64,000 nucleotides of DNA from Octopus bimaculoides (taxonomy: Eukaryota), in assembly GCF_001194135.2 (NCBI RefSeq), contig NC_068995.1, forward strand, positions 34,841,356 through 34,905,355. The letters run 5' to 3'. Positions within the stretch are counted from its first letter, which is position 1. Every line of letters begins with the position of its first letter. The position numbers and the translations under genes are program-made. A model generated the notes under the pieces. The model was not told the origin of the DNA, searched no databases, and worked only from the letters and a program-made list of their open reading frames with translations. Below are positions 63,488 through 64,000 of this stretch, in pieces.

Positions 63488-64000
63488 GTGAGTGAATAAG
63501 CGTAGAATATAAAAACCAAGTCGTGTAGCAGATAAATTGGGGAGCCTGAAATTGTTAAATTGTTAAAACAACAAAACAGCATAGTGTTCCAAGTCGAGTG
63601 GAAGAATGGCTCTTGGAACAGCAATTATGAAAATAGCTTCCCTGAAATACCTTCTTAAATTGACAGCAAAGATGAAAAGGAAATTAAGGGTAAACGTTAC
63701 CTCTAATACCACCACCACCACTACACTTCAAGTCACAACAAACGCGAGCAACAAGAACAACTGTACTGAAAGACAAGACAAAGAAATCGATGATACAAAC
63801 ACAACTTCTACTACCACCACCACCACCACCACAAACGTCTCTTCTACTAACACAAACATTAATACAATAAAAATAGCAACCAGTTAAATTTTCAAACAAA
63901 TGGTAATGGTTTCACATATGCGTATCGCTGTTTCGTTTTTGCTGCCACCCAGCCTAAAAAGGAGCGATTCGTTGCAATTATCTATTTGAAACTTGTTGTA

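Noticed and set aside
63440-63546. Minus-strand exon candidate (tttcag|gctcccc ... gcag|gtatat or ctggt|gtaagg)
   Set aside because: It overlaps the better-supported plus-strand candidate and gives no recognisable protein.
63606-63887. Thr/Asn-rich mucin-like ORF with many NxS/T sequons
   Set aside because: Explained by ACC/ACA/ACT repeats. The nearest acceptor (63666) is phase-incompatible with the 63399-63487 candidate exon.
1-64000. CRISPR arrays, rRNA, prokaryotic operons or horizontally acquired bacterial DNA
   Set aside because: No repeat-spacer arrays, rRNA-like sequence or gene-dense segment seen.

Overview
AT-rich, microsatellite-saturated, gap-riddled animal genomic DNA. The SINE, MITE and LINE content looks octopus/cephalopod-like, which is an inference from recalled repeat families. 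There is one clear protein-coding gene: a class A GPCR of the FMRFamide/sex-peptide/myosuppressin-receptor-like group (+ strand). Its reading frame is open from a splice acceptor at 13794/13795 to the stop at 15012, so the ORF-track start is not the true N-terminus. A candidate Met-only upstream exon lies at 12096-12098 (ATG|GTGAGC). The rest is mostly decayed transposable elements: two CR1-group LINE copies, RTE, R4/Dong and Tx1/L1 relics, three Tc1/mariner fragments, three tRNA-derived SINE families, a TTAA (piggyBac-type) MITE and a fold-back MITE. Penelope-like elements (PLEs) from apparently three families are also present. The most interesting signal is four type I hammerhead-ribozyme-like motifs in PLE terminal repeats, all on the + strand. 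They carry three different core variants: U4C with a long stem II (two copies), A6U plus an extra A, and a canonical core plus an extra A. One sits in the predicted GPCR intron in sense orientation, about 480 nt upstream of the acceptor. All family assignments come from manual translation and motif recall, with no database search. ORF-track entries containing X, or YI/HT/VC runs, are gap and microsatellite artefacts.
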